The notes below the pieces were generated by a model. That model did not search any database, was not told the origin of the DNA, and saw only the letters and a program-made list of their open reading frames with translations. The position numbers and the translations under genes were made by a program. From Gemmiger sp. (GTDB taxonomy: Bacteria > Verrucomicrobiota > Kiritimatiellia > RFP12 > UBA1067), in contig CAVFWY010000002.1 in the NCBI GenBank assembly GCA_963626175.1, forward strand, positions 1-41,069: a stretch of 41,069 bases of DNA, written 5' to 3'. Positions 7,711 through 16,796 of the stretch are shown piece by piece. Position 1 is the first letter of the stretch. Each line of letters opens with the position of its first letter.

Positions 7711-9776
7711 GTCCGCTGCGCGTAACGCTTCGGCGGACGATCGGCCGCGCCCGCAACCTCTATCTGACGGCATTCTCGATGGGGGGCTTTCTCTTCGCCG
7801 CGGCGGTGCTGTTCGCGTTCGCGCTGGATGCGGCGGAGGGAAGTTCGTTCGCAGTCCAGGCGGTATGGGCGTCGTCCGTTTCGCCGCTTCTGCCGTTCCT
7901 TGCGGCGTTTCTCGGCATGGACGCATGGAGCGACGAGCGGAAGTCCGGGCGGATAGATTTTCTGCTGACGGCTCCCGTGCGGGAGATGGATCTCGTGCTT
8001 GGCAAGTTTCTTGGCGTGTGGCTGCTCTGTTCCCTGGCGACGGTTGCCTTCCTGCTCTTTACGGTAGCCTTTCTCGCGTTCTTCGCGCCGGCGGTTCTGT
8101 CGGATGTCTCGGTTTCGCGTTTTGCGCCCGCCCTGCTGATTCTGTTGCTGCAGGGGGCGTTGTGGAGCGGCGTGGTGGTGGCGGCGAGTGCATTCTGCCG
8201 GCATCCCGCCGTCGCGGCGGTCTTGTCGCTCTTCGTGCTCGTGGCGATTCCGCGCGGCGGATGGGCGGCGCTTCTCGCGTGGGCCCCGCAGGGGCGCACG
8301 GCGTTCGGGGAGATGCCGCTAGACGCGCAGACCGTGGATTTCGCGTCCGGCGTGATTTCGACGGGGGCAATCGCGTCCTATCTCGTGGGGACGTTGGCGG
8401 TTCTGTTCGTCGCCTCCCGTCTTGTCGCGGCGTATCGGCTTGTCGGACGCGGCGCGGCGCGGCCGAGGCTTTCCGCCGCGTTCGCATGCGCCCTTGCGCT
8501 CGCGGTTGCGGGGCTGGCGGCGACGCTGGCGGTTCGCGCGGGCGTGTCGTTCGACGTTCCCGTATCGGGCGAAGCGCGCTTCTCGGCTCGCACGCGCGGC
8601 ATTCTGGCGGATGCGCGGGGAACGGTTTCGGTTGACTGTCTTCTGCCGCGGAGCGACCCGAGGTTTCGCGCCGTGGGGCAGTTTCTGCGTGCCTTGCGCC
8701 GCGAGGCCGGTCTGACGGGCGGCGTTCGCCTCGACTTGCGCTTCGTGGATCCCCGATGGGACGTCGGCGCGGCCGCGCGATTGGTCCGGTCGGGTGCGGG
8801 CGAGGAGGGGCTTGTCTTTTCGCGCGGGCAGAGGTCGATTTCGCTGTCGATTGCCGAAGGGTTGGACGAACGCAACTGCGCGTCGGCGATTCTGCGGCTC
8901 ACCGTGCCGCCTCAGCGACGGAACGTCTACTGGACGCTCGGCCATGGGGAAATCGCCTTTGACGGCTACGATTCGTGGGGCATGAGCGACATCGTGCGCG
9001 AACTCGCCCGAGACGGCTACGCCAACGTCGCCCTTGACCTGATGAAGGTCGATCAGATTCCGATTGACTGCGCCCTCGTCATCGTCGCGGGGGCGAAGGG
9101 CGAATTCTCCCGCGTGGAGATCGAGCGTGTGGATGCCTACCTGCGACAGGGCGGACGCCTTCTCGCATTGCTTGGCCTCGGGGAGAACGCTGGCATTGCA
9201 TCGCTTCTCCCGTCATGGGGGCTTCGGGCTGTGCGCCGTCCGCTGGGCGATGAAGTCCAGACGCTTTCCGGGGAGGACGTGATCGCCTCCGTTCGCGGCG
9301 ATCACGACATCACCTTGCCGCTTCGCAATCAGCGTCTTGTGCTCGAGTCGCCGCTTGTTCTTCTGCCGTCTTCGGCGGCGAATGGCGCGGTGGGGGCGGA
9401 TCGCATCGAGTTCTATCCGCTGGCGAACGCCGGTCAGTCCGTCGTGGCGGCGATTGTCGAGAAGGGGGTCGGCACGGGGGCGGATCTCGCGGTTCGGCCG
9501 ACGCGCATCGTGGCGGTCGGCGATTCGGGGTTTGCGATGAACGGGCAACTCGCGGCACGGGCGAACGCCAACCGCGATTTCTTCCTGAACTGCGTCTCCT
9601 ATCTCTCTGGCACGGATGCGCTCGTGTCGGGCGGGTCTGACGCCGGGGTGCTGACGACGGGGTTGGATCGCTCGATGCGGCGGCGCTTTGCCATCGCCTT
9701 TGCCGCAGGCCCGTCGCTGGCGGTCTTCTGCTGTCTAATCCTGTGGGCGAAGATTCGGCGGAGGAGGCGCAAATGA
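7707..9776 (+). CDS. Fused ABC-2 permease (GldF-like) and GldG-like periplasmic-domain protein
   Basis: Its ATG overlaps the upstream stop (ATGA). The N-terminal ~250 aa contain multiple hydrophobic helices. These are followed by a large soluble domain (VYWTLGHGE, ALVIVAGAK, IVAVGDSGF) and a C-terminal TM anchor ending KIRRRRRK. Confidence 0.72.
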   Translation: MSPLRVTLRRTIGRARNLYLTAFSMGGFLFAAAVLFAFALDAAEGSSFAVQAVWASSVSPLLPFLAAFLGMDAWSDERKSGRIDFLLTAPVREMDLVLGKFLGVWLLCSLATVAFLLFTVAFLAFFAPAVLSDVSVSRFAPALLILLLQGALWSGVVVAASAFCRHPAVAAVLSLFVLVAIPRGGWAALLAWAPQGRTAFGEMPLDAQTVDFASGVISTGAIASYLVGTLAVLFVASRLVAAYRLVGRGAARPRLSAAFACALALAVAGLAATLAVRAGVSFDVPVSGEARFSARTRGILADARGTVSVDCLLPRSDPRFRAVGQFLRALRREAGLTGGVRLDLRFVDPRWDVGAAARLVRSGAGEEGLVFSRGQRSISLSIAEGLDERNCASAILRLTVPPQRRNVYWTLGHGEIAFDGYDSWGMSDIVRELARDGYANVALDLMKVDQIPIDCALVIVAGAKGEFSRVEIERVDAYLRQGGRLLALLGLGENAGIASLLPSWGLRAVRRPLGDEVQTLSGEDVIASVRGDHDITLPLRNQRLVLESPLVLLPSSAANGAVGADRIEFYPLANAGQSVVAAIVEKGVGTGADLAVRPTRIVAVGDSGFAMNGQLAARANANRDFFLNCVSYLSGTDALVSGGSDAGVLTTGLDRSMRRRFAIAFAAGPSLAVFCCLILWAKIRRRRRK

Positions 9777-11482
9777 GCAATCGTCGGTCGATTCTCTGGA
9801 TGCTGCTGACGCTCGCGCTGTTGGTCGCGGCGCACGTTCTGCTCAATATTCGCGGCACGCGGGCGAACGCACGGCTACTTCGACATTCGGTGCTTGTCCG
9901 GGGGGCGGACCGGGCGACGGGCTTCCTCCTTGCGCGGCAGGGCGAACCGACGCTGGAAATCGCGAGGGACGCGAACGGCTGGCGAATCGTCGCGCCGTTC
10001 GCATCGTCGGCGAACGCATCCCGCGTGATGCAACTCGCGGACGCCCTCGCCTTTCGCCCGGTTCTCGACTCTCAGTCGGACTTTGAACTCCTCAAACTCG
10101 GTCGGACGCGGGCGGACTTCGGATTGAACGTGCCGCGCCTGTCGGTTTCGGCGCTGGGAGAAGGCGTGACGAACGCCGTCGTTTCGTTCGGGTCTCTGAC
10201 GCCGACGAAAGACGGCGTGTATGTCGCGGTGTCGGACTCCGATCTCGTTTACGTCGTCCCGACGAATGTCTTCGCCTGTGCGGACTTGCCCGCGAGCGGA
10301 TTCCGCGACCAGCGGCTCTTCCTTTCCGATGCGGCGGTTGCGTCCGTCGACGTGCGTCGGGGGTCGGGACTGTTCCTGCGGCTCGTGCGGACGGGCGAGA
10401 CCTGGCAGATGGAAGAGCCGCGGAAGGCCGTGGCTTCGGCGCAGCGGGTCTCGCTTTTGCTGTCGGCGTTGCGCACGACGAAAGCCGACGAATTTTTCTG
10501 GCCGGTGGGAGCGACGAACGAACCGTCGCGCACGACGTCCGCCCTGCTCGCCGGATACGGGCTCGATCCCGAAAGCGCGGTGACGATCACCTTGCGCGGA
10601 CGGGATGGCACGGATCGCTCGATTTCGCTCGGCAAGGAGGCCGGGCAGGGTCGCGTCTACGCGCTCGTGCAGAATGGCGGGGCGGTGGTTTCGCTCGACG
10701 CAGGGCTGAAGGACTTCGCACGGACGGAGGCGGAGGCCTTTGTCGATTCGCGGCTCTTCCCCTACGAGGCGAAGGCGATAACGACGGTTTCGATGGTGGA
10801 CGGGGCGACGACCTGTCTGCTCGCCCGCACGCCGAACGGACGGTGGCGCATGGATGCGCCCGTCGCCGCGTTTGCCGATCAGTCGGCGGTGGAGGAGTTC
10901 CTGGCGAAGTTGCTGCAGTTGGAGGCGAAGGATGCCGACGAGAATGGCGTGAAGGTGAGCGTCGCGGCAAATGCGGAGCCTGTCTCCGTTTCGCGCGCCC
11001 GTCTCTTTGCGGATCTTCGTCTGGAGGATCTGCGTTCGAAGAATGTGCTGCGCGTGGCGGCGGATGACGTCAGGCGCATCGTCTCGACGGCGAACGGCGA
11101 AAAGCCGACTGCCATCGTCTGGAATTCCGACAGCCGCGCCTGGAACATCGAAACGTCCCCTCGTACGGGTGGAATTGACGAAAAGGCGGTCGCCGCGCTG
11201 CTGGCCGAGTTGAATCCGCTCAGGGCCGCGTCCGTTGCCAAGTTGAAAGTCTCGCCGACCGAACTCGGCGCCTATGGCCTTGAAACGCCGCGGCTGACGG
11301 TATCCGTCGATCTGCGCCAGGAGGGCGTGGTGCGGCGGAATGTCCTGATCGGCGACCGTGTTGAGGGTGGGTATTATGCGGCGTCCGGTTCGCTTGACGC
11401 CGTCTTCATTCTTCCGGCAAAGACGGTCGAACGGCTCTCGGCTTCTCTCGTGGACGCGGCGGAAACCCCGCCTCTCCCCTAA
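9773..11482 (+). CDS. DUF4340-like membrane-anchored repeat protein
   Basis: The ATG at 9773 overlaps the upstream stop (ATGA); the ORF-track start at 9743 is less likely. One N-terminal TM is present (ILWMLLTLALLVAAHVLL). There are four internal repeats of the W-x-[IM]-x-x-P...V...LL..L type: GWRIVAPF..RVMQLADAL, TWQMEEPR..RVSLLLSAL, RWRMDAPV..VEEFLAKLL and AWNIETSP..VAALLAEL. Confidence 0.68.
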   Translation: MSNRRSILWMLLTLALLVAAHVLLNIRGTRANARLLRHSVLVRGADRATGFLLARQGEPTLEIARDANGWRIVAPFASSANASRVMQLADALAFRPVLDSQSDFELLKLGRTRADFGLNVPRLSVSALGEGVTNAVVSFGSLTPTKDGVYVAVSDSDLVYVVPTNVFACADLPASGFRDQRLFLSDAAVASVDVRRGSGLFLRLVRTGETWQMEEPRKAVASAQRVSLLLSALRTTKADEFFWPVGATNEPSRTTSALLAGYGLDPESAVTITLRGRDGTDRSISLGKEAGQGRVYALVQNGGAVVSLDAGLKDFARTEAEAFVDSRLFPYEAKAITTVSMVDGATTCLLARTPNGRWRMDAPVAAFADQSAVEEFLAKLLQLEAKDADENGVKVSVAANAEPVSVSRARLFADLRLEDLRSKNVLRVAADDVRRIVSTANGEKPTAIVWNSDSRAWNIETSPRTGGIDEKAVAALLAELNPLRAASVAKLKVSPTELGAYGLETPRLTVSVDLRQEGVVRRNVLIGDRVEGGYYAASGSLDAVFILPAKTVERLSASLVDAAETPPLP

Positions 11483-11508
11483 CTGAACGATTTGAAAGGA
11501 CTGAACGT

Positions 11509-12234
11509 ATGTTGATAGCAAATTCTCTCGTTGACGGATTTCTCGCCTCGAACCTGACCGGGCAGGGAATCGTGTGGGCGCAGTTGGTCGGCTCGGTGCT
11601 GATGGTCGCCGTCATCATCGGCAAGTGGAAGGAACTGAATTTCATCAGCATGGCGGTAAGGCGGTTCACGCGAGACTTCTCGTCCTGCCGCGACGTGCTC
11701 GAATACTACCTCAACCGCCGTCCGAGCAAGGAGGCGACGGGGCTGGTCGGCATCTACGCGAAGTCGTGCGAACGTCTGCTCAAGCTCCTCACGCCGGATG
11801 TCCGCGCCCTGCTCGCCGGACGCGGTGCTTCGGGCGACGGCGCCGCCGCGCTGACGGCGCGGGAGATTGAACTTGTGAAGGGGACGTGCGAACACGCGCT
11901 GGATGAGGAGGAGTTGCGCGTCGAGCGCGGCATGGGCGTGATTGCGACGGTCGTCGCGCTTTCCCCGATGCTGGGGCTCCTCGGCACGGTGTGGGGCGTG
12001 CTGGACGCCTTCGCCGAGATGGGCACGGCGGGTTCGGCGAACCTCGCGACAATCGCGCCATCCATCTCCGCCGCGCTCGTCACGACGGTTGTCGGCCTTC
12101 TGATTGCGATCCCCGGCGTCGTCTGCTTCAACCTCATGAACGGGGCGATCCGCAACATCACCGCCGACATGGAGGGTTTCGCGGACGAATTGATCGGGCG
12201 CATCGCCTGTGAGTTCCAGGGAAGGATGGACTGA
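11509..12234 (+). CDS. exbB: MotA/TolQ/ExbB-family proton channel
   Basis: 241 aa with the C-terminal signature LSPMLGLLGTVWGVLDAF...IAPSISAALVTTVVGLLIAIPGVVCFN. Confidence 0.85.
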   Translation: MLIANSLVDGFLASNLTGQGIVWAQLVGSVLMVAVIIGKWKELNFISMAVRRFTRDFSSCRDVLEYYLNRRPSKEATGLVGIYAKSCERLLKLLTPDVRALLAGRGASGDGAAALTAREIELVKGTCEHALDEEELRVERGMGVIATVVALSPMLGLLGTVWGVLDAFAEMGTAGSANLATIAPSISAALVTTVVGLLIAIPGVVCFNLMNGAIRNITADMEGFADELIGRIACEFQGRMD

Positions 12235-12235
12235 G

Positions 12236-12646
12236 ATGTCGCGACGGAGGCGGATGCGCGGCGAAAAGCCGAAGGCGGCGGTCGACATGACCTCGCTCAT
12301 TGACCTGACGTTCCTCTTGCTCGTCACCTTCATCGTCACCCTTCCCGCACTGGAGCAGGGCGTGTCGATCATGCTGCCGCAGGCGAAGACCGACACCCTG
12401 CCCTCGAAGGACAACAAGGCCAACACGATTACGGTCGACTCGACGAACCGCATCTTTTTCAACGGCAACCCGACGACGCTGGCGGATCTCGAGGAGACGC
12501 TGAAGGCGAAGGTCGCGGAAGACCCTGACGTCCCCGTGCTCGTGCGCGGCGACGAACGGCTCGACTACGGGAGTGTGATGAACGTCGTCAAGGTCGTCTA
12601 CCGGTGCAAGGTGCGCCGCATGGCGCTCGTTACGGTTGACAGGTAA
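12236..12646 (+). CDS. exbD: ExbD/TolR-family biopolymer transport protein
   Basis: The ATG lies 1 nt after the exbB stop. It has the MTSLIDLTFLLLVTFIV transmembrane segment and a periplasmic domain (VLVRGDERLDYGSVMNVV). The ORF-track start at 12209 would overlap exbB. Confidence 0.85.
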   Translation: MSRRRRMRGEKPKAAVDMTSLIDLTFLLLVTFIVTLPALEQGVSIMLPQAKTDTLPSKDNKANTITVDSTNRIFFNGNPTTLADLEETLKAKVAEDPDVPVLVRGDERLDYGSVMNVVKVVYRCKVRRMALVTVDR

Positions 12647-12662
12647 AGGGGAGGCGCGAGAC

Positions 12663-13526
12663 TTGTTTGCCGACGAAGAGAGAAAAGCCCCGACCGTGCT
12701 GGGTGTTCGCAGTCTGACGATTGCGCTCGCCCTTCACGCCGCGCTTTTCCTCGTCGCCTACTTTGGTGCAGTCGTCGTCCGCAAGCCGAAGGAGACGGCG
12801 ATTCCAATCGACATGACGGTCGTCGTGCGCGAGAACCTCGACGGGAACGAGAACGAGCCGCCGCCGCTGAAGCCGTCGGAACCCGAGCCGCCCCCGCCGA
12901 AGCCCGAACCGAAACCTGAACCAAAACCCGAGCCGAAGCCCGAACCGCCGCCCGTCGTCGAGCCGAAGGTCGATGCGGTCGTGAAAGTCCCCGAAAAGTC
13001 GAAGCCGAAGAAGCCCGAGAAGCCGAAGAAAACGGCGGAACAGCTTCGCAAGGAAAAGGAGGAGCGCCAGAAGAAGCGGCTGGAGGAAATCCGCAATCGT
13101 GGCAAGGTCGTGAACAGGCCCGCCCAGAAGCCGGTCGAACGCCAGCCGAACGGACGCACGGGAAAGCAGACGCTGAGCAAGGCCGAGATCGAACGGATGC
13201 TGGCACTTGGGGCGCGGCCGGGCGCGGTCGAGCAGTTGCCGTCGAGCGAATACCAGCGGTGCGTGTCGCTGATACAGTCCGCGTATTACGCGAAGTGGGA
13301 TCGCCCGCCGTGGACGGACACGCTTCGCGAGATGCATCTCTCCATCCAGTTGGGCGCGGGCGGGCGCATCCTCGGTTACAGGCTCGTGCAGAGTTCGGGC
13401 GATCCGAAGGCGGATGCGACCGTGCGGATGGCGGCTTCGCTCGTAAAGTCAATCGCCGGGCTTTCGCCCGAATTCATCCGTCAGAACAAGACGGTGCTCA
13501 TCCGCTTCAAGGTGACTCCCCAGTAA
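12663..13526 (+). CDS. TonB/TolA-like energy-transducer protein
   Basis: It has an N-terminal TM (LTIALALHAALFLVAYFG), a Pro-rich spacer (EPEPPPPKPEPKPEPKPEPKPEPPP), a Lys-rich helix and a TonB_C-like C-terminus. The start is uncertain: TTG 12663 lies 8 nt after GGGAGG, with alternatives TTG 12636 and GTG 12696. Confidence 0.7.
   Translation: MFADEERKAPTVLGVRSLTIALALHAALFLVAYFGAVVVRKPKETAIPIDMTVVVRENLDGNENEPPPLKPSEPEPPPPKPEPKPEPKPEPKPEPPPVVEPKVDAVVKVPEKSKPKKPEKPKKTAEQLRKEKEERQKKRLEEIRNRGKVVNRPAQKPVERQPNGRTGKQTLSKAEIERMLALGARPGAVEQLPSSEYQRCVSLIQSAYYAKWDRPPWTDTLREMHLSIQLGAGGRILGYRLVQSSGDPKADATVRMAASLVKSIAGLSPEFIRQNKTVLIRFKVTPQ
12879..12953 (+). repeat. In-frame Pro-Glu-Pro-Lys tandem codon repeat inside the TonB-like gene
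   Basis: 25 codons read EPEPPPPKPEPKPEPKPEPKPEPPP. The 12-nt CCN-GAR-CCN-AAR unit is repeated about four times with synonymous variation. Confidence 0.8.
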
Positions 13527-13541
13527 GAGGAGAGAGGGACG

Positions 13542-15278
13542 ATGCTCGGTTTGATTGTGGCAAAGGTCTTGTTCGCGGCGATTCCCCTGACGGGCGTCGT
13601 CGGGGACGGCTTGCGTGCGCGGGCGTTCTTCGACGCGAACAATGTGAAGGTGGGCGATCCGCTCGTGCTGACGCTGGACTTCCTTGGCGCGGCAGATTTC
13701 GCCGCGCTTCATCCGCCCGCCCTCGCGAAGGTCGTGGACAGGGCGGACTGGAAACTGGATGATGCGAGCGCGAAGACCGAGACCTATCGCGACGCGCGGC
13801 GGCTCACCTACCGGGTGCGTCCGATGCGGGAAGGGGTGATCTGGTTTCCCGAACTCGAGTTCGCGTATGTCGGTCCGGACGGCAAGTCGCATCGCGTCCG
13901 CTCGAACGCCATTCCCGTCCACGCGAAGCCCGGCGCGGCGGTTGAGGTGGCGGAACTCCGCAAGGACGAAGTGACGATGCCCCAGCCCGACGCGCTCATC
14001 ACCGACTTCAGAACGGACGACGCGGATCTCGACTTCGCGTGGCGCAAGGCCTGTGCGCAGCCGACCGCGAATGCGTTCGCGGCGTTCGACTTCCCGGCGG
14101 CGAAACTCAACGAAGCGCGGTGCGCCACGCTCGCCGGGGACTGGAAGCGGGCGCTCGCCATCTACTCGCGCCTCGAATGGCGCATCGGTCAGACCCCCGC
14201 CGTCGAACGCGGCATTCTGGCCGCGCTGGCGGTGAAGTCCGCGAATCCGCTCGTCGAACTGCCCGTCTGGCGGCAGGTCGGCCGTCCCGTGCTGAAATAC
14301 GGATGGATGGGGCGCGTTTTGATTGTCGCGGGCGGCGGGCTTGCGCTCGTGCTTCTCTTCTGGCTCGCCGGTCGGTGCGTGCGCCGTCTCGCCTGCATCG
14401 CCCTCGCTTTCGCCGCGTTCAGTTGTTCGGCGCAGAACGCGCCGAACGACCCGTTTCAGGAAATCCGCCGCGCACAGCAGCAAATGGACGAGATGGTGTC
14501 CCGCGCATTCGGCGAGGACGGCTTTTCCTGCGCACGGGTGGCGGCGCAGCCGCGTCCGGACATGCGGGCGGCGGTTTCGCTGAGCAGGGACGATTTGCAG
14601 GTCGGCGACGAGTTCGACTACGTTCTTTCGCTGGAAGTCCCGAAGGGGCTTTCGGTCGGTCAGGTGAACATTGCCCCGGTGAACGCGGGCGAGTTCACGG
14701 TCGTTGGCAGGGTGGCGAACCTGATTGACGGGAAGTCCGCGAACCCGTCCAATGTCGTGCGGCGGTTTTCCCTGCCCGTGCGATACGACCGCCCCTATCG
14801 AGGAAAGGTGAGTTTTCAGTTGACCGTGCCCTATCAGGTGGCGAATTCGCGTCAGGGCGGCTTTTTCAGCTTCTTTGCGTCCACCCTCCTGAATGCGCGA
14901 GTCCGGACGCCGCCGCTTGAGGTGAACGTGAAGCCCCTGCCGAAGGAGGGGCAGCCCGCCGATTTCAGCGGCATCGTCGCCACGCGCCTCACCCTGACGG
15001 AAACGCCCGACTTGCGGCGTGTCGAGACGAATGATGTGATTTGCATCACCTATCGCATGGATTACGACGGTTATCTGCCGACGGACTGGATGCTGCCGGG
15101 GGCGGCATTCGAATTGGGACGCGAGGGTGGAGCGGTCGAATGGCGGCGGTTTTTCGTGGCGGACGGCGCGGCGGCGACACCGAAGGGCGAAGTCGTCTGG
15201 TATGACGCAAAAACTCGTTCCTACCGCCGCGAATCGTTCGGTGGCACGGCGATTGCCTACATACCGACTTCCTTGTAG
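13542..15278 (+). CDS. BatD-like (oxygen-tolerance family) membrane protein
   Basis: AGAGGAGAGAGGGA lies upstream of the ATG, and a signal-like N-terminus is present. BatD-type Ig-like modules are seen (VGDPLVLTLDF, YRVRPMREGVIWFPELEF), as is the characteristic VKPLPKEGQPADFSGIV motif. Two adjacent hydrophobic helices sit mid-protein. The family call is from motif memory only. Confidence 0.45.
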   Translation: MLGLIVAKVLFAAIPLTGVVGDGLRARAFFDANNVKVGDPLVLTLDFLGAADFAALHPPALAKVVDRADWKLDDASAKTETYRDARRLTYRVRPMREGVIWFPELEFAYVGPDGKSHRVRSNAIPVHAKPGAAVEVAELRKDEVTMPQPDALITDFRTDDADLDFAWRKACAQPTANAFAAFDFPAAKLNEARCATLAGDWKRALAIYSRLEWRIGQTPAVERGILAALAVKSANPLVELPVWRQVGRPVLKYGWMGRVLIVAGGGLALVLLFWLAGRCVRRLACIALAFAAFSCSAQNAPNDPFQEIRRAQQQMDEMVSRAFGEDGFSCARVAAQPRPDMRAAVSLSRDDLQVGDEFDYVLSLEVPKGLSVGQVNIAPVNAGEFTVVGRVANLIDGKSANPSNVVRRFSLPVRYDRPYRGKVSFQLTVPYQVANSRQGGFFSFFASTLLNARVRTPPLEVNVKPLPKEGQPADFSGIVATRLTLTETPDLRRVETNDVICITYRMDYDGYLPTDWMLPGAAFELGREGGAVEWRRFFVADGAAATPKGEVVWYDAKTRSYRRESFGGTAIAYIPTSL

Positions 15279-15319
15279 CGAAAGCCGCGTATAAATCATG
15301 ATGTCAAAAATGGGGGCGG

Positions 15320-16486
15320 TCAGCGGGTTGTGCGGAATGTTGTGGGGGATTTTCCAAAGACGCTGGTGAAGATATTGCAGAAATACTGCGGCGTATGGAA
15401 TCCCGTGCGTTTGGCAACATCCGCAATGGAGAGATCGGTCTTGTTGAGCAGCCGTTTGGCCTCATCGAGTGCAACGCGGCGGATTTCCGCTTGGACGGAT
15501 GTTCCCAGGTTTGCGCGGAACGCGGAATTGACGTTTGTGTGGGAGCGACCAAGTGCCGCGTAGACATCCTGTGCGGAAAGATGGTGGTTGATGTTTCGCC
15601 GAATGTAGATGAGCGCATCGGCGAGCCACGGCGGGTCGAGCGGAAAGATATTGGTTGAGGATCGCTCAATCAGGTCGTTCGGTTTGACAATCTTCGGTTC
15701 GAACGGAATTGAATCCCCTTCGAGCGCGTGCGAGAGCGATTCCGCCGCGACGAATCCGAGCGTGGTCGCGTCCGGATCGATGGAGGAAAGCGTCGGGGTG
15801 ACGAAGTTGCAGATGAGCGTGTCGTTATCTACGCCCAGTACGGCGACTTCCTGTGGCACGGCAATACCGGCAACCTCACAGGCCATGATGACTTGCAGTC
15901 CCCGCAAATCGTTCGCACAGAAGAGTGCGATGGGCTTCGGCAGGGATTTCAGCCAGCGGATAAGTTGTTTGGAGTCGGGGGCGGAATCGAGCTGTTCGCC
16001 GCGCACGGCATTGGAGGCGAAGGTGTGCGCCACGGATGCCGCGCTTGTGTAGACTTCAACGGCGTGTCGGTGATGTTCAAGGTAGCGGATGAAGGAATCT
16101 CTGCGGAAGTCCGAGAAGGGTTGACCATCATAACCGCAGAATGCGAAGCGCGTGAAATGATGCTCGATAAAGTGCCGCGCCGCGAGTTTGCCGATCGCGG
16201 CATTATCCTGCCAAATCCCACGCACGGCTCGTGCATCATAGCGAGTACGGCAGGCGAGATCCACAACGACCCCTTGCGCACTCGCGAGAAGACTTTCGAG
16301 CAGGGGGTCGGGTATGTGGGTGATGAAGCCATCAAAGTCCGTCGGCGTGGCGGACTTCTTGAAATCGGCGGGTTTGAGCAGGGTGAGCGACCAGTCGGGC
16401 TGGGTTTGGGCGAAGGTGCAGATGCCCTCGCAGATATTGCGCCCCCACGAGCGATCCCATTCAATGCAGATTCCGATTCGTTTCAT
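15320..16486 (-). CDS. XylR-type transcriptional regulator (periplasmic-binding-protein-like sugar domain plus AraC-family HTH)
   Basis: 388 aa. The N-terminal ~270 aa are LacI/PBP type I-like without an N-terminal HTH. The C-terminus is a double AraC HTH (LSIADVAKRTGFHTPQYFCNIFTSVFGKSPTTFR). The gene is divergent from the glycoside hydrolase cluster. Confidence 0.8.
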   Translation of the reverse strand: MKRIGICIEWDRSWGRNICEGICTFAQTQPDWSLTLLKPADFKKSATPTDFDGFITHIPDPLLESLLASAQGVVVDLACRTRYDARAVRGIWQDNAAIGKLAARHFIEHHFTRFAFCGYDGQPFSDFRRDSFIRYLEHHRHAVEVYTSAASVAHTFASNAVRGEQLDSAPDSKQLIRWLKSLPKPIALFCANDLRGLQVIMACEVAGIAVPQEVAVLGVDNDTLICNFVTPTLSSIDPDATTLGFVAAESLSHALEGDSIPFEPKIVKPNDLIERSSTNIFPLDPPWLADALIYIRRNINHHLSAQDVYAALGRSHTNVNSAFRANLGTSVQAEIRRVALDEAKRLLNKTDLSIADVAKRTGFHTPQYFCNIFTSVFGKSPTTFRTTR

Positions 16487-16603
16487 GATGGATGTAGCAT
16501 AACATAATCCGTCGGCGATTGCAAGGATCGTAAGTCGATATGCAGAGAATCATATTTTTGCCACATCTGCCTCGTTGTTGAAAAGGACTCATCAGCAAGG
16601 GAA

Positions 16604-16680
16604 AATCAGTCAATCAAGGCGCACGCCTTGTTGCTTGATTTTCAGAAATCAACCAAGGAACTGAATCCGTTTACTTGATT
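16604..16680. promoter_or_regulatory. Array of AATCAAG/CTTGATT heptamer motifs (candidate operator sites)
   Basis: The copies are AATCAAG 16612-16618, CTTGATT 16634-16640, AATCAAC 16647-16653 and CTTGATT 16674-16680. A core palindrome CAAGGCG-CA-CGCCTTG lies at 16615-16630. The array is in the divergent intergenic region. Confidence 0.3.
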
Positions 16681-16725
16681 GATTTGCCTGAGCCGTCCAA
16701 GATGAGGCAAAATGTGCCATTACGC

Positions 16726-16750
16726 TTGCACTTTTGCAAGAGAAGTGCAA
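16726..16750. promoter_or_regulatory. Perfect 8-bp inverted repeat TTGCACTT-N9-AAGTGCAA
   Basis: Read directly from the sequence. It lies in the AT-rich control region between the regulator and the first locus gene, and could be an operator or an RNA hairpin. Confidence 0.3.
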
Positions 16751-16796
16751 ATGAAATGTCAGAACTTATGCGTTATTCGCCACGCTACGCCGCGAT

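Noticed and set aside
4414-7926. Very long minus-strand ORFs. Examples: 4414..7926 (1170 aa), 99..1274, 1916..3193, 2998..4365, 9875..11521, 13449..15299, 19436..20317, 24780..26084, 27990..29414, 29466..30731, 35468..37138 and 37457..39193.
   Set aside because: All lie antisense to + strand ORFs that carry clear family motifs. Their translations are Arg/Pro/Gly/His-rich low-complexity strings with no recognisable motifs. One even spans an intergenic gap and two genes. These are typical shadow frames of high-GC DNA.
15279-15319. Convergent gap between the BatD-like gene and the regulator as a bidirectional terminator.
   Set aside because: No convincing stem-loop was found; only 4-bp complementarity across a ~27-nt loop.
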